DNA of 64,000 nucleotides from an uncultured Coriobacteriaceae bacterium (GTDB lineage: Bacteria; Actinomycetota; Coriobacteriia; Coriobacteriales; UMGS124), in assembly GCA_900539345.1 (NCBI GenBank), contig UQBS01000007.1, forward strand, positions 8,246 to 72,245, given 5' to 3'. The notes below the pieces were generated by a model. The model was not told the DNA's origin and searched no databases. It was given only the letters and a program-made list of their open reading frames with translations. Below, piece by piece: positions 54,848 through 64,000 of this stretch. Within the stretch, counting starts at the first letter, position 1. Every line of letters begins with the position of its first letter. A program made the translations under genes and the position numbers.

Positions 54848-57820
54848 ATGCCCAGAGTCTCGATTGTGATCACCGCGCGCAACGTCGCCGACCAGCTGCC
54901 CCGTTGCATCGCCAGCCTGTCTGCGCAGACCTTCGGCGACTTCGAGGCGATCGTGGTGGACGACGCCTCCAAGGATGGCACGTCCTACGTTGCCCAAGGC
55001 GCCACCAAGCGCGACCCGCGCTTCCAGATGCTCCAACAGCCCCACGGCAAGGGCGTCCACCTGGGCCGCATGGCTGGCGTCGAGCGCGCAAGCGGCGACT
55101 ACCTGCTTTTCCTCGACGGCGCCGATGAGCTCGAACCCACCATGCTCGAACAGCTCGTCAGACGCATGAATGAAGCAGGCTGCGACATGCTCCGCTTTGG
55201 CGCAGGTGTCGAGAGCACCCCTGCCGGTCACAGCACGCGCCTTCAAGAAGGCGACATTGAGCTGGACCTTTGCACCCGAGACAATCAATCCGATCCTGCT
55301 TGGTGCGTCTCGAGCCACCTCTTCTCCACCCCGCTCGCACAGCGCGCCTTCGCCACGATGGCGACCGAGCGCCTCGACGGCACGCAGGACATCTACGAGA
55401 TGACGGTACTTGCCTGCAAGGCACACGTGGCGGACGCCGTCGCGGACATTGCCCTCCCCCACCCGCACGCCGAGGACGAGACGGCTCCCGCCCTCACACT
55501 CAAGCAGTTCGAGTCCCTCTGCCAAAGCCATGCGAGCTGCATCGACGCCTGCCAGTCGTGGCTCGGCGCCTGGGATGGCCCCTCGGCGCAAACCTGCCTG
55601 CATGCCACGCGCCAGCGCTGTGCAACCGCCCTGGCAGATGCCTGGCTTACTTGCCTGCCGGAAGAAACAAAGGCCGACGGGGCAGAGCTGCTCGCCCACA
55701 CCATCGGGCGCACTGCCAGTGCCGCCCAACTCTTCCGTCTTGCAGGTAACCGCATGGAGGCGGCCCTGCGCAAGGGCGAGACGCTCGACGAGACAGACCC
55801 CGCAAACGACTGGCTCACCTGGGCCGACGGGCTCGCCGCACAGGCGGGGCAGACCACAGACAGAGACGCCTACCTCATCCGCCTTCGCCGCCGCGCCCAA
55901 GACTTCCTCAAGGACCTGGAAGAGCGCCGCGGCCTTAGCCGCTTCGAGGGGCGCGACATCCGCATCTTCGTGAGCACGCACAAGCCGGTGGACACCTTTG
56001 CCAGCGACATCCTGCAACCGGTGCAAGTGGGTGCCGCCAGGGCCGCCAAGCGCTTCTCCTTCTGCCTACAAGACGACGCAGGAGAGAACATCTCGCAGCT
56101 CAATGCCCAATACTGCGAGCTCACGACGCAATACTGGGCCTGGAAGAACACCGACTCGCCCTACGTGGGCTTCTGCCACTACCGCCGCTACTTCGACTTC
56201 TCCGACACGCGCCACGAAGAAAACGCCTTCGGCGAGGTCATGGACGGGCGCATCTGCGCGCAGACGCAGGAGAAGTACGGCCTTACCGACGAGGCCATCG
56301 AGGCAGCCATCGAGGGCTGGGACGTCGTGACCACCGAAGTCAAGAAGCTCTCCTCCTTCCCCGGTCGCACACCCACGCCCCACAAGCAATACGCGGCAGC
56401 GCCCAGCCTGCATATCGAGGACCTCGACCGTGTCGTGGCCATCCTCAAGGAGAAGAACCCCGACTACGCGCAGGACGCCGACGCCTTCCTCGCCGGCCCG
56501 CAGAGCTGCTTCTGCAACATGTTCGTGATGAAGCGCGCCATCTTTGACGAGTATTGCGCCTGGCTCTTCCCGATCCTGGAGGAGTTCTGCCGCCAGACTG
56601 ACATGTCCCGCTACAGCCGCGAGGCACTGCGCACCCCCGGCCACCTGGCCGAACGCCTGCTCAACATCTTCCTCATGCACGCCGAGCGCACGGGGCGCGG
56701 ATGGAAGCGCAAGCAGGTGCAGTGCGTGCACTTTGAGCATCCCGAGCCCGCGCCGCGCCTTGGGCAGCCCCAAGCGCCGCAGCCCTGGAGACCCACAATC
56801 CCCGTGGTCTTCGCGGCCGACGACAACTACGTCCCCATGCTCACCACCACGATCCACTCCGTGCTTGCCAACGCCTCCGACGCCTACTTCTACGACGTCG
56901 TGGTGCTCCAGAACGGCATCACGGCCGACCACCAGCGCATCATGCGCGCGTTCCTCGAGGCCAGCGGCAAGGCAAGCGTGCGCTTCGCCGAGGCGGGCAG
57001 CCTGGTGGACAAGTACAACCTGCGCACCAACAACGCCCACATCGGCATCGAGACGTACTTCCGCTTCCTCATCCAGGAGCTCATGCCCTGGTACAACAAG
57101 GTACTCTACCTCGACTCCGACCTCGTGGTGGAGGGCGACATCTCCCAGCTCTGGCAGGTCGAGCTCGGCGACAACCTCCTGGCAGCCGCTCACGACATCG
57201 ACTTTTTGGGCAACCTCAACGCCCCGGGCAGCGATCACACGAGCTACAACGAGCGCATCCTCCACATGAAGGACCCCTACAACTACCTGCAGGCCGGCGT
57301 GCTTGTGCTCAACACCGAGCAGATGCGCCAGCTGCACCCCATGGAGGAGTGGCTCAAGCTCGCCTCGAACAACGCGCTCATCTACAACGACCAGGACGTG
57401 CTCAACGCTGCATGCGAGGGCCGCGTGACCTACCTGGACTGGCACTGGAACGTGATGCACGACTGCGGCGATCGCGTGAACAAGGTCTTCTCGTTCGCCC
57501 CTGCCGAGGCGTTTGCCGCCTACAACGCCTCGCGCACCGAGCCGCTCGTCATCCACTATGCGGGCCTCGAGAAGCCCTGGAAGTATCCGGGATGCGACTT
57601 TGCCGAGCGCTACTGGCACTATGCGCGGCAAACGCCGTTCTACGAGCTCATGCTTGCGGCCCTGTCGGGCAAGGCGGGCATGACCGCCCCCAAGATGCAC
57701 GAGAAGGTGGTCGACCCCAAGAACCCCATCCGTCGCATCGTTGACCCCATCTGCCCGGTGGGCTCCAAGCGCCGCGAGACGCTCAAGGCGATCGGCCGCA
57801 AGCTGCGCGGCCGCAACTAG
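54848..57820 (+). CDS. Triple-domain glycosyltransferase (GT2, DUF4422, GT8)
   Basis: The GT2 domain reads VSIVITARNVADQLPRCIASL...VVDDASKDGT...LFLDGADEL. The DUF4422 domain starts near aa 370 (IRIFVSTHKPV...YCELTTQYWAWKN...GFCHYRRYF). The GT8 domain starts near aa 650 (IPVVFAADDNYVP...LYLDSDLVV...NAGVLVLN). Confidence 0.82.
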   Translation: MPRVSIVITARNVADQLPRCIASLSAQTFGDFEAIVVDDASKDGTSYVAQGATKRDPRFQMLQQPHGKGVHLGRMAGVERASGDYLLFLDGADELEPTMLEQLVRRMNEAGCDMLRFGAGVESTPAGHSTRLQEGDIELDLCTRDNQSDPAWCVSSHLFSTPLAQRAFATMATERLDGTQDIYEMTVLACKAHVADAVADIALPHPHAEDETAPALTLKQFESLCQSHASCIDACQSWLGAWDGPSAQTCLHATRQRCATALADAWLTCLPEETKADGAELLAHTIGRTASAAQLFRLAGNRMEAALRKGETLDETDPANDWLTWADGLAAQAGQTTDRDAYLIRLRRRAQDFLKDLEERRGLSRFEGRDIRIFVSTHKPVDTFASDILQPVQVGAARAAKRFSFCLQDDAGENISQLNAQYCELTTQYWAWKNTDSPYVGFCHYRRYFDFSDTRHEENAFGEVMDGRICAQTQEKYGLTDEAIEAAIEGWDVVTTEVKKLSSFPGRTPTPHKQYAAAPSLHIEDLDRVVAILKEKNPDYAQDADAFLAGPQSCFCNMFVMKRAIFDEYCAWLFPILEEFCRQTDMSRYSREALRTPGHLAERLLNIFLMHAERTGRGWKRKQVQCVHFEHPEPAPRLGQPQAPQPWRPTIPVVFAADDNYVPMLTTTIHSVLANASDAYFYDVVVLQNGITADHQRIMRAFLEASGKASVRFAEAGSLVDKYNLRTNNAHIGIETYFRFLIQELMPWYNKVLYLDSDLVVEGDISQLWQVELGDNLLAAAHDIDFLGNLNAPGSDHTSYNERILHMKDPYNYLQAGVLVLNTEQMRQLHPMEEWLKLASNNALIYNDQDVLNAACEGRVTYLDWHWNVMHDCGDRVNKVFSFAPAEAFAAYNASRTEPLVIHYAGLEKPWKYPGCDFAERYWHYARQTPFYELMLAALSGKAGMTAPKMHEKVVDPKNPIRRIVDPICPVGSKRRETLKAIGRKLRGRN

Positions 57821-57923
57821 ACGAGGACACGCGGCGACCCCGCGGCCGCGACCGTAACTAGGCGCGGACGCCGTCGCCCCGCGGCCGCGACCCCCAGCCC
57901 TGCTCATGCCCGACACAAACAAA

Positions 57924-57968
57924 GGCGCCGAGGAAGGCCTGCGATGCAGGTTTCCTCGGCGCCTTCTT
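57924..57968. terminator. Bidirectional terminator hairpin between convergent genes
   Basis: GGCGCCGAGGAA (57924-57935) pairs with TTCCTCGGCGCC (57952-57963). It is flanked by AAA on one side and TTCTT on the other. Confidence 0.6.
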
Positions 57969-58000
57969 GCTGCGCGAGTATGTGACGGGTCCAAGCTCCC

Positions 58001-59869
58001 CTAGCGACAATCCTGCACCGTGGGGGTAATACGCACCATGAGGTCCTCGGTTGCCTCAGGCGACGTGGTCACCGTGAAGTTGATGATGGCCGGATGGTCG
58101 ATCTGGTTGTGAACCTGGCCGGTTGCAACCTGGAGGCCCTTGTAGCTGCCATCGGGCCAGGGGATGAAGTTGTCGTTGTGGTCGACATAGGCGATGCTGC
58201 CGCCGGCGGGCGCATAGATGGTCAGGCGCTCGAGCATGTCGTCGGCGCTGTACTTCTCAGGGTTGGTGCCCACCATATAGTCATTGCAAACGGCTATTTC
58301 ATCCTGCGTCGCCGTGTTGGAAAGCGTGAGCGAGCACTCGTAGGTCTTGGAGCCGTCGCGATTGGTCTTGCCCTCGTCGATGGTGAAATCGAGGTCGAGC
58401 CACCACTCCATCTTGGACCACGAGGCGTTGTCCAAGAAGATGCCGAGCTCGGGCTTTGCCGGGTCGTAGTTGATCTCACCGCCCGCGCCGAGTGCCGAGA
58501 ACGTTGCCTGCTCGGCAGAATCAGCAAACCACGTGTAGAGGTGATACTGATCGATGGCGTCGGAAATGGTCTGCTCAAGCCCCGAGAAGCTCATCGAGGA
58601 GAAATTGGCCATGATGCAGTCGAGCGCCGTGGAAGCCGCCTGCGCAAAGTAGGCGTCCATGGCCTCGGCGTCGTCCATGTAGTTCCAGTACGTGTCGTGC
58701 AAAAGCACGCGCACCGTGTTCGTGCCGTCGAGGCGGGTGCCATCGTACATCTGTGCGCCGCCCGTGAGCGCCATGAGCATCTGAAGCAGCACAGGATCAA
58801 GCGCGATGATGCCGTCGACATACTCGCCCTGGAACGTCGCCCACAACTGGCCCCAGATGTCGCAGACACGCGGGAAATCGGGGATGAAGCAGGTATTGCC
58901 TGCAATGTAGCCGACCGAGTCGCTGTACAGCTGAATTTCCTCGTCGGAAAGGGGCACGCGGGCCCACTCGTCGTCGCTGGGGATGTAGTCGTAGACGGAG
59001 CACACGTCGCCAAGCATGACGGCACCGTTGCTCACGCTCACGCGACAGGCCTGACCAGCAAAGCCGCCCAGGGAGCGAATCTCGACGTTGTTGAGGGCCA
59101 TGACGACATACACGCGGTCGCCCTGGGCGCCCAGCATGTTGGGCAGCACGTCGAGCAGCGCCGAGACCTTGTCCATCTTGCCGGCAAGAGGCGCGACCTT
59201 CTCCTTGGCCTGGTCAACGATCTTGGCAAGCTGGGCGATGTGGAGCTTACCGATGCCGTTGACGGTGTCGACCGCCTCGGTGAGTGCGGGCATGACCCTC
59301 TTCACCGCGTCGACGACCGTCTGGAGCGTCGGAAGGTCGATCTGAGTCTGGTCGTACTCGTTTTTGGTAATGAGCGTGTCGAGCGAGACGCCGTTGAGAT
59401 CCTGCGACAGAGGAATGAGGGCGTCCTCGACAAGGTCGCCGAGCATGCTTACAAGCGAGCGGGCCGCCTTGACGTCGCTGCCGACAACAGGCACAAACTC
59501 GGCGGCACTCCACAGGGGGCCTTCAAGCTCGCTCTGGAAGTCTTTAATCTCAGCGGACGTCTTGACCGACAAATCGTAAGCGCTGGTGAAATCCATGCTC
59601 TTGAAAGCATCAAGAGTCTGATTGAGCAGGTCGGACACGCTGCTCGCCTTTACCTTGAGGTCGTCGATGACCCCACTGGCCATGGCAGGTGTTGCGGCGC
59701 CGACAACCGCGACCGCTGCCACACACACGCCGCCAATGACGAAAGCGCGACGCGAATGCGGCTTCTTGCTTGAGGAATACGCGGAGTGGCGCGTCTGATA
59801 ATAGGCTTCGTTGCGACCATAGTCGCCGGCATCAGGATGGTTCGGGTCCTGCTTGAAGTGAGCGGACAT
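58001..59869 (-). CDS. DUF4012-domain membrane-anchored protein (common in actinobacterial cell-envelope polysaccharide loci)
   Basis: The ATG follows GGAGGG. The protein has an N-terminal TM helix and then ...EFVPVVGSDVKAARSL...NNVEIRSLGGFAGQ..., typical of DUF4012. Confidence 0.72.
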   Translation of the reverse strand: MSAHFKQDPNHPDAGDYGRNEAYYQTRHSAYSSSKKPHSRRAFVIGGVCVAAVAVVGAATPAMASGVIDDLKVKASSVSDLLNQTLDAFKSMDFTSAYDLSVKTSAEIKDFQSELEGPLWSAAEFVPVVGSDVKAARSLVSMLGDLVEDALIPLSQDLNGVSLDTLITKNEYDQTQIDLPTLQTVVDAVKRVMPALTEAVDTVNGIGKLHIAQLAKIVDQAKEKVAPLAGKMDKVSALLDVLPNMLGAQGDRVYVVMALNNVEIRSLGGFAGQACRVSVSNGAVMLGDVCSVYDYIPSDDEWARVPLSDEEIQLYSDSVGYIAGNTCFIPDFPRVCDIWGQLWATFQGEYVDGIIALDPVLLQMLMALTGGAQMYDGTRLDGTNTVRVLLHDTYWNYMDDAEAMDAYFAQAASTALDCIMANFSSMSFSGLEQTISDAIDQYHLYTWFADSAEQATFSALGAGGEINYDPAKPELGIFLDNASWSKMEWWLDLDFTIDEGKTNRDGSKTYECSLTLSNTATQDEIAVCNDYMVGTNPEKYSADDMLERLTIYAPAGGSIAYVDHNDNFIPWPDGSYKGLQVATGQVHNQIDHPAIINFTVTTSPEATEDLMVRITPTVQDCR

Positions 59870-60082
59870 CGTCCCTCCGTTTCATATCTTTGGCGCCAGG
59901 AGACCCCAATGAACATGTACCTGACCGCACGTGCGGCCAAACCAGTATTTTATCGAGGCCCGAACACAGCAAACAGGCCCCCTGGGCAAACCCCACCATA
60001 TCAGCTCAGCGCGGTGACGAGCCTGTGGGGAGAACGTGGCCGGCGTGTGAAGAGGCCCCATGGCGTAAGCAAGAAAGGCGGC

Positions 60083-61267
60083 CTACACCTCACGCGAGGC
60101 CTCTCGCCCCTCATACACGGCAAGCAAAGGTTTGAACACATGCGAAAGGCTATACCTCGCACTTGTCGCAACGGCATGCTCGCCCATCTCGGCCAGCATC
60201 GCTGGGTCGGCGAGCAGGTGCTCGACGCACGAGCAGAATCCGGCGGCGTCGCCCTGGTCGAAGAGCAAGCCGTTCACGCCGGGCTCAACAAGGTCCACAT
60301 GACCCTTTACGGAACTTAAAACCGCAGGCAGACCACAGGCAAATGCCTCAACCACATGAAAGGGCAGCCCCTCGTAGCGGCTTGCCGAGACGCATGCGTC
60401 ACTTGCCGCGCGCCACAGGGCAAGACCGGCGGCGTCGAGATGCCCCGGCATCGCAACCCGTCCCTCAACCCCAAGCTCACGGACAAGATCGAGGCATGCC
60501 TGCTGCTCAGAGCCCCTGCCGGGCAAAGCGAGAACCACGCGCTCGGGCAGATTTGGGAGCGCCTCGATCAATAGGCGCTGGTTCTTGCGCTGGGAAAACT
60601 CGGCGACGCACAGGCACACGAACGCGTCGTCGCGCATGCCCAACGCACGACGGGCAGAAGCCCGCTCGCAGGCGCTAGCAGGATGCAGACCGTCGAGCAC
60701 AACGCCCATGCCCGGCGTTTCCACCACCTGTCCCCGACAGAGCCTGTGCTCACGAGCAATGATGGCGTCTTGGCGGTTCATGACCACGATTTGGTCGGTC
60801 ACGCCGGCGCAAAGGCGCTCGGCAGCAAGCAGGGCGGCCCTGCGCAAAAACGACGCGTCGGCATCAAAGAGATACCCGTGCACGGTATTCACCACACGGG
60901 GGCGCACCCCCTTGTCGCGCCAGGCGGCCTCCATGATACCCAGGCGCACAAAGAACGCCGCGAGGGAGGTGTGCGTCAGCACGATATCGAAGCGCTCGCG
61001 CAGCTGCAAGCGCGACACCTCACGGGCCACGGCAAAATTGCGCGGCGAGGACATGGACTTCACGAAGTCGGCAGGTATGCAGCACACGCCCTGCGGCATG
61101 TCGGCGGCCACCGGGTCGCCCCCTGCAAGCAGGGTCACATCGAATCCGTCGGCACGTAAGGCCTCGATATAAGGGAGGTGGAAGCTTCGCAGATGGCCGA
61201 ACGTCGAGGCAGCATACAGCACCTTGCGGCCGCTGCAGGCGCATTCCGACTTGCCGCGCTCGTTCAT
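60083..61267 (-). CDS. GT4-family (GT-B) glycosyltransferase
   Basis: The ATG at 61267 follows GGAGGAGG. RYEGLPFHVVEAFACGLPAVLSSVKGHVDLVEPGVNGLLF is the GT4 E-x7-E region. Confidence 0.85.
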   Translation of the reverse strand: MNERGKSECACSGRKVLYAASTFGHLRSFHLPYIEALRADGFDVTLLAGGDPVAADMPQGVCCIPADFVKSMSSPRNFAVAREVSRLQLRERFDIVLTHTSLAAFFVRLGIMEAAWRDKGVRPRVVNTVHGYLFDADASFLRRAALLAAERLCAGVTDQIVVMNRQDAIIAREHRLCRGQVVETPGMGVVLDGLHPASACERASARRALGMRDDAFVCLCVAEFSQRKNQRLLIEALPNLPERVVLALPGRGSEQQACLDLVRELGVEGRVAMPGHLDAAGLALWRAASDACVSASRYEGLPFHVVEAFACGLPAVLSSVKGHVDLVEPGVNGLLFDQGDAAGFCSCVEHLLADPAMLAEMGEHAVATSARYSLSHVFKPLLAVYEGREASREV

Positions 61268-61421
61268 ATCGCCCCTCCTCCCCTGCTTGAACTGTGTCCC
61301 CATCTTAGAGGATTGGCGTTCATTGGGCGTCTGCGGCGACGGTATGCAAAAATCCCCTAAAATGAAAGGTTACTCTATCGCAATCGCACGGCACTATGCG
61401 CCATGCACCGAAGGGAACCTT

Positions 61422-62822
61422 ATGGTAAGACCCGGACGCCGGGCGTTCAGCATCATGTCGTACTTCACCGACATCCTCATCGCCCCCATCTCCATGGCCA
61501 TCGCATTCTGGCTGCGCTTCTGCCTTTTCTCAGGCGAAAACCCCATCGGCACGATGACCGAGCATGTGCTGTGGGTCACCGCCTTCTCGCCGCTGTACGT
61601 CTTCTTCTATGGCCTTTTGGGCGTGTACGACCGCCACCGCACCGTCGAGACCTCGCATAAGCTCGGGCAGCTCGTTGCGGCGAACACCATCACCACCATG
61701 CTCTTCATCGACTGCATCTTCGTACTGCGCGTCATAGACTTCTCGCGCTGGCTCGTCGTGTTCTACTGGATTATCTCAGCGACCCTGTCATGCCTAAAAG
61801 AGCTGGCAGTCACACATATCCTCAAATCCATCCACCGCTCAGGCCGCGACCTGCGCAGGGTCGTCATCGTGGGTTCGGGGGCGGGGGCCTGCACGTTTGC
61901 GCACGGCATCGCCGCACATCCCAGCACCGGACAGGTCGTGGTGGGCAACATCGGGGAGGCGTCGATTGAGGACATCAGGCTGCTAGGATCATACGCTGAC
62001 ATCGATCATATCCTCGACGCCACCCTACCCGACGAGGTCGTCATCGCCATCGATGCCAAAGAGCAGGACTTGCTCGATCCCATCCTCATCGCCTGCAAGC
62101 GCAGCGGCATCAAACTGTCGATTCTGCCTGCATACTACCAGTTCCTCTCCAGCAGGCCCTCAATCAGCATCGAGGGCGGCGTGCCGCTCATCAACGTGCA
62201 GCGCGTCGTGCTCGACAACCTGGGCTTCGCCTTCCTCAAGCGCCTCATGGACGTGGTGGGATCGGCCGTGCTCATCGTGTTGACTTCGCCCATCATGCTC
62301 GTGGCGGTCATCGGCACCAAGCTCTCCTCCCCCGGCCCGGTCCTATTCAAGCAGGAGCGCGTGGGACGCAACCGCAAGCCGTTCTACATGTACAAGTTTC
62401 GTTCGATGCGCGTAAACGTGCATGAGGCGGACGGCTGGACTGTCGCCGGCGACCCGCGCCGTACGGCCTTCGGCGCCTTTATGCGCCGTTACTCCATCGA
62501 CGAGCTGCCCCAGCTGTTCAACGTGCTCAGGGGTGACATGAGCCTTGTGGGCCCTAGGCCCGAGCTTCCCCAACATGTGTACGACTTCAAGGGCAGCGTG
62601 CCGCTGTACATGCTGCGCCACCAGGTGCGCCCCGGCATGACGGGCTGGGCGCAGATCAACGGCCTGCGCGGCGACACCTCCATCGAGGCCCGCGTGGAGT
62701 ACGACCTGTACTACATCGAGAACTGGTCGTTCATGTTTGACCTGCGCATTCTCTTCACCACGCCGTTCAGGGGCATCGTAAACAAGCAGGAGCCGCTCGT
62801 GAAGAAGAGCGCCAAAAAATAG
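61422..62822 (+). CDS. Polyprenyl-phosphate sugar phosphotransferase (WbaP/EpsB-type priming enzyme)
   Basis: The protein has N-terminal TM helices. The bacterial sugar-transferase domain reads KRLMDVVGSAVLIVLTSPIML...YKFRSM...DELPQLFNVLRGDMSLVGPRP. The start codon is uncertain (61422 or 61455). Confidence 0.88.
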   Translation: MVRPGRRAFSIMSYFTDILIAPISMAIAFWLRFCLFSGENPIGTMTEHVLWVTAFSPLYVFFYGLLGVYDRHRTVETSHKLGQLVAANTITTMLFIDCIFVLRVIDFSRWLVVFYWIISATLSCLKELAVTHILKSIHRSGRDLRRVVIVGSGAGACTFAHGIAAHPSTGQVVVGNIGEASIEDIRLLGSYADIDHILDATLPDEVVIAIDAKEQDLLDPILIACKRSGIKLSILPAYYQFLSSRPSISIEGGVPLINVQRVVLDNLGFAFLKRLMDVVGSAVLIVLTSPIMLVAVIGTKLSSPGPVLFKQERVGRNRKPFYMYKFRSMRVNVHEADGWTVAGDPRRTAFGAFMRRYSIDELPQLFNVLRGDMSLVGPRPELPQHVYDFKGSVPLYMLRHQVRPGMTGWAQINGLRGDTSIEARVEYDLYYIENWSFMFDLRILFTTPFRGIVNKQEPLVKKSAKK

Positions 62823-62846
62823 GCCGGGCACGCGACAGACGCAAAC

Positions 62847-62895
62847 AAAAATGGGCCGGACGGGAGCTGCGAGCTGCATCCCGTCCGGCCCATTT
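62847..62895. terminator. Bidirectional terminator hairpin
   Basis: GGGCCGGACGGGA (62853-62865) pairs with TCCCGTCCGGCCC (62879-62891). It is flanked by AAAAA on one side and ATTT on the other. Confidence 0.65.
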
Positions 62896-62909
62896 GCATA
62901 TCTCGGGCA

Positions 62910-64000
62910 CTATCCTCGTTTGAGCGTGACCTGCTTGCCGCGAGCGTACGTCTCGCTCCAGGCCCACTCGAACTCATCGCCTGCCATCGGAGCAGCCGCG
63001 TCTACCTCGCCATATTGCAGCTCGGTGTAGCCCACATAGCGCGCAAGGTTGACCTCGAGCACATAGGTGTCGGACGTGCTGTACCGACCGCTGGCTCGCG
63101 AGGCGATATCGAACGTCTCGCGCGTGGCGTAGCCATGGGAATCCTGCGCGCGCACGGCAAACAAGAGCCCCGAGGCATCGGTACGGGCACGGTCGGCGAA
63201 AACATAGAGCTTGTTGTCACGCAGACACACCTGGATGCCCTCGTCGTCGTTGACGCACATCAGGGCCGCCTCGTTGAGCGGCAAAGCCTGGATCCGCCCA
63301 GGCAACGTCGCCTCACTCACGGCAATGACGATGAGAAGCGCCGCGAAGGCAAGTGCGGTGATACGCACGGCTTTGGGAAGGCCCGCGACACGCTGAATGA
63401 ACGACGTGCGAGCCGGCACCTGGGCAACATCGCCCGAGCCCTCGCGGCCCGTTGGGGCAGCGACCTGCTCTGAGGCGAGTGAAGCCTGCTCAGCCGCCTT
63501 GTCTGCCGCAGGCTGCGAGGCCGGCTTGGGAGCCTCGTCGATGAACAGCGGCGGCAGCTCGTCTTTACCCGGCAGCTTCTTGGTGTTGAGATACTTCTCG
63601 TAGGCGTCGCACAGGCCCTGCACGTTGTTGCCAAAGGCGACCTGGTTGCCGTGGTCGAGCCAGAGAATCTTGTTGCACAGCGAGCGCACTTGGCCCGTGG
63701 AGTGGCTCACGAGCAGCGTGGTGGCACCGCCCGCGATGATCTCGCGCATCTTCGCCTCGCTCTTCTTGCGGAAGGCGCCGTCGCCCACCGAGAGCACCTC
63801 GTCGAGGATGAGCACCTCGGGGTCGACAAGGCTTGCGATGGAAAACGCCAGGCGGCTCTTCATGCCGCTGGAGAGCTGCTTGAAGGGACGGTCCTCAAAC
63901 CCGCGCAGCTCGGCGAAGTCGATGATGGAGTCGTAGGTCTCGTCGACAAACGCGCGGTTGTAGCCCAGCATGGCGGCACGCAGGTAGGTGTTCTCGCGCA
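62910..64000 (-). CDS. Polysaccharide/teichoic-acid export ABC ATPase (TagH/Wzt-like) with a TM helix and C-terminal extracytoplasmic domain; the N-terminus lies outside the window
   Basis: The frame stays open to base 64000 (...RENTYLRAAMLGYN). The ABC signature is LSSGMKSRLAF and the Walker B motif is ILILDEV. A linker, one TM helix (ITALAFAALLIVIAV) and a roughly 150-aa outside domain follow. Confidence 0.82.
   Translation of the reverse strand, partial: RENTYLRAAMLGYNRAFVDETYDSIIDFAELRGFEDRPFKQLSSGMKSRLAFSIASLVDPEVLILDEVLSVGDGAFRKKSEAKMREIIAGGATTLLVSHSTGQVRSLCNKILWLDHGNQVAFGNNVQGLCDAYEKYLNTKKLPGKDELPPLFIDEAPKPASQPAADKAAEQASLASEQVAAPTGREGSGDVAQVPARTSFIQRVAGLPKAVRITALAFAALLIVIAVSEATLPGRIQALPLNEAALMCVNDDEGIQVCLRDNKLYVFADRARTDASGLLFAVRAQDSHGYATRETFDIASRASGRYSTSDTYVLEVNLARYVGYTELQYGEVDAAAPMAGDEFEWAWSETYARGKQVTLKRG

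Noticed and set aside
57805-57895. Imperfect tandem repetition of the 3' end of the triple-domain GT gene, including CGCGGCCGCG palindromes (NotI sites) and a repeated AACTAG.
   Set aside because: It is short, with about two and a half copies of a roughly 40-nt unit, and lies in a convergent intergenic spacer next to a good terminator hairpin. It most likely reflects a small duplication with no evident function.

Overview
This is a high-GC bacterial chromosome segment; hand counts on sampled 60-nt lines give about 63% G+C. The gene content suggests an anaerobic, monoderm Actinomycetota, possibly Coriobacteriia-like, but that is inference only. I saw no rRNA, tRNA, CRISPR array, transposase or integrase.

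Gene content, left to right:
- a hexapeptide acetyltransferase fragment, a BI-1/YccA membrane protein and icd;
- a lower-GC islet (about 45% on sampled lines, 3.3-6.2 kb) next to a yafQ-dinJ toxin-antitoxin pair, carrying a 376-aa protein with a C-terminal Rx4H (HEPN-like) motif, a TPR-TM-DUF6273 protein and a small ORF;
- a TAXI-TRAP transporter, a frameshifted AEC transporter and a Fur-family regulator;
- MoaE-like and HEAT-repeat proteins;
- the heat-shock operon dnaK-grpE-dnaJ-hspR-clpB;
- two small 2x[4Fe-4S] ferredoxins;
- nikR-hypFCDE, a pgi-like gene, an SDR and a SlyD with a Cys-rich tail;
- a co-oriented block of unknown-function genes that includes a histidine kinase with degenerate catalytic motifs and two tandem paralogs;
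- five consecutive minus-strand genes that each carry a triple SLH module fused to a different cell-wall-remodelling domain: amidase plus glucosaminidase, a CHAP-like domain, LRR/CAP, an amidase-like domain plus NlpC/P60, and an L,D-transpeptidase;
- a cell-wall polysaccharide locus with a GT2-DUF4422-GT8 triple-domain enzyme, DUF4012, GT4, a priming phosphotransferase and a TagH-like ABC ATPase.

The most unusual signals are non-coding:
- Family A is a modular hairpin element present at five intergenic loci. Its linkers and loops are conserved, while its stems differ between copies but stay complementary. Each hairpin is bracketed by direct AGGTTCT heptamers.
- Family B is a second hairpin element with two copies. 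The core is conserved, but the perfect 18-19 bp arms are completely different between the copies.
- A G10 tract forms the spacer of a TTGACA/TACTCT promoter-like pair upstream of the islet genes, which makes it a candidate phase-variation switch.

All functional calls come from reading the translated ORFs against remembered family motifs. No database search was run.
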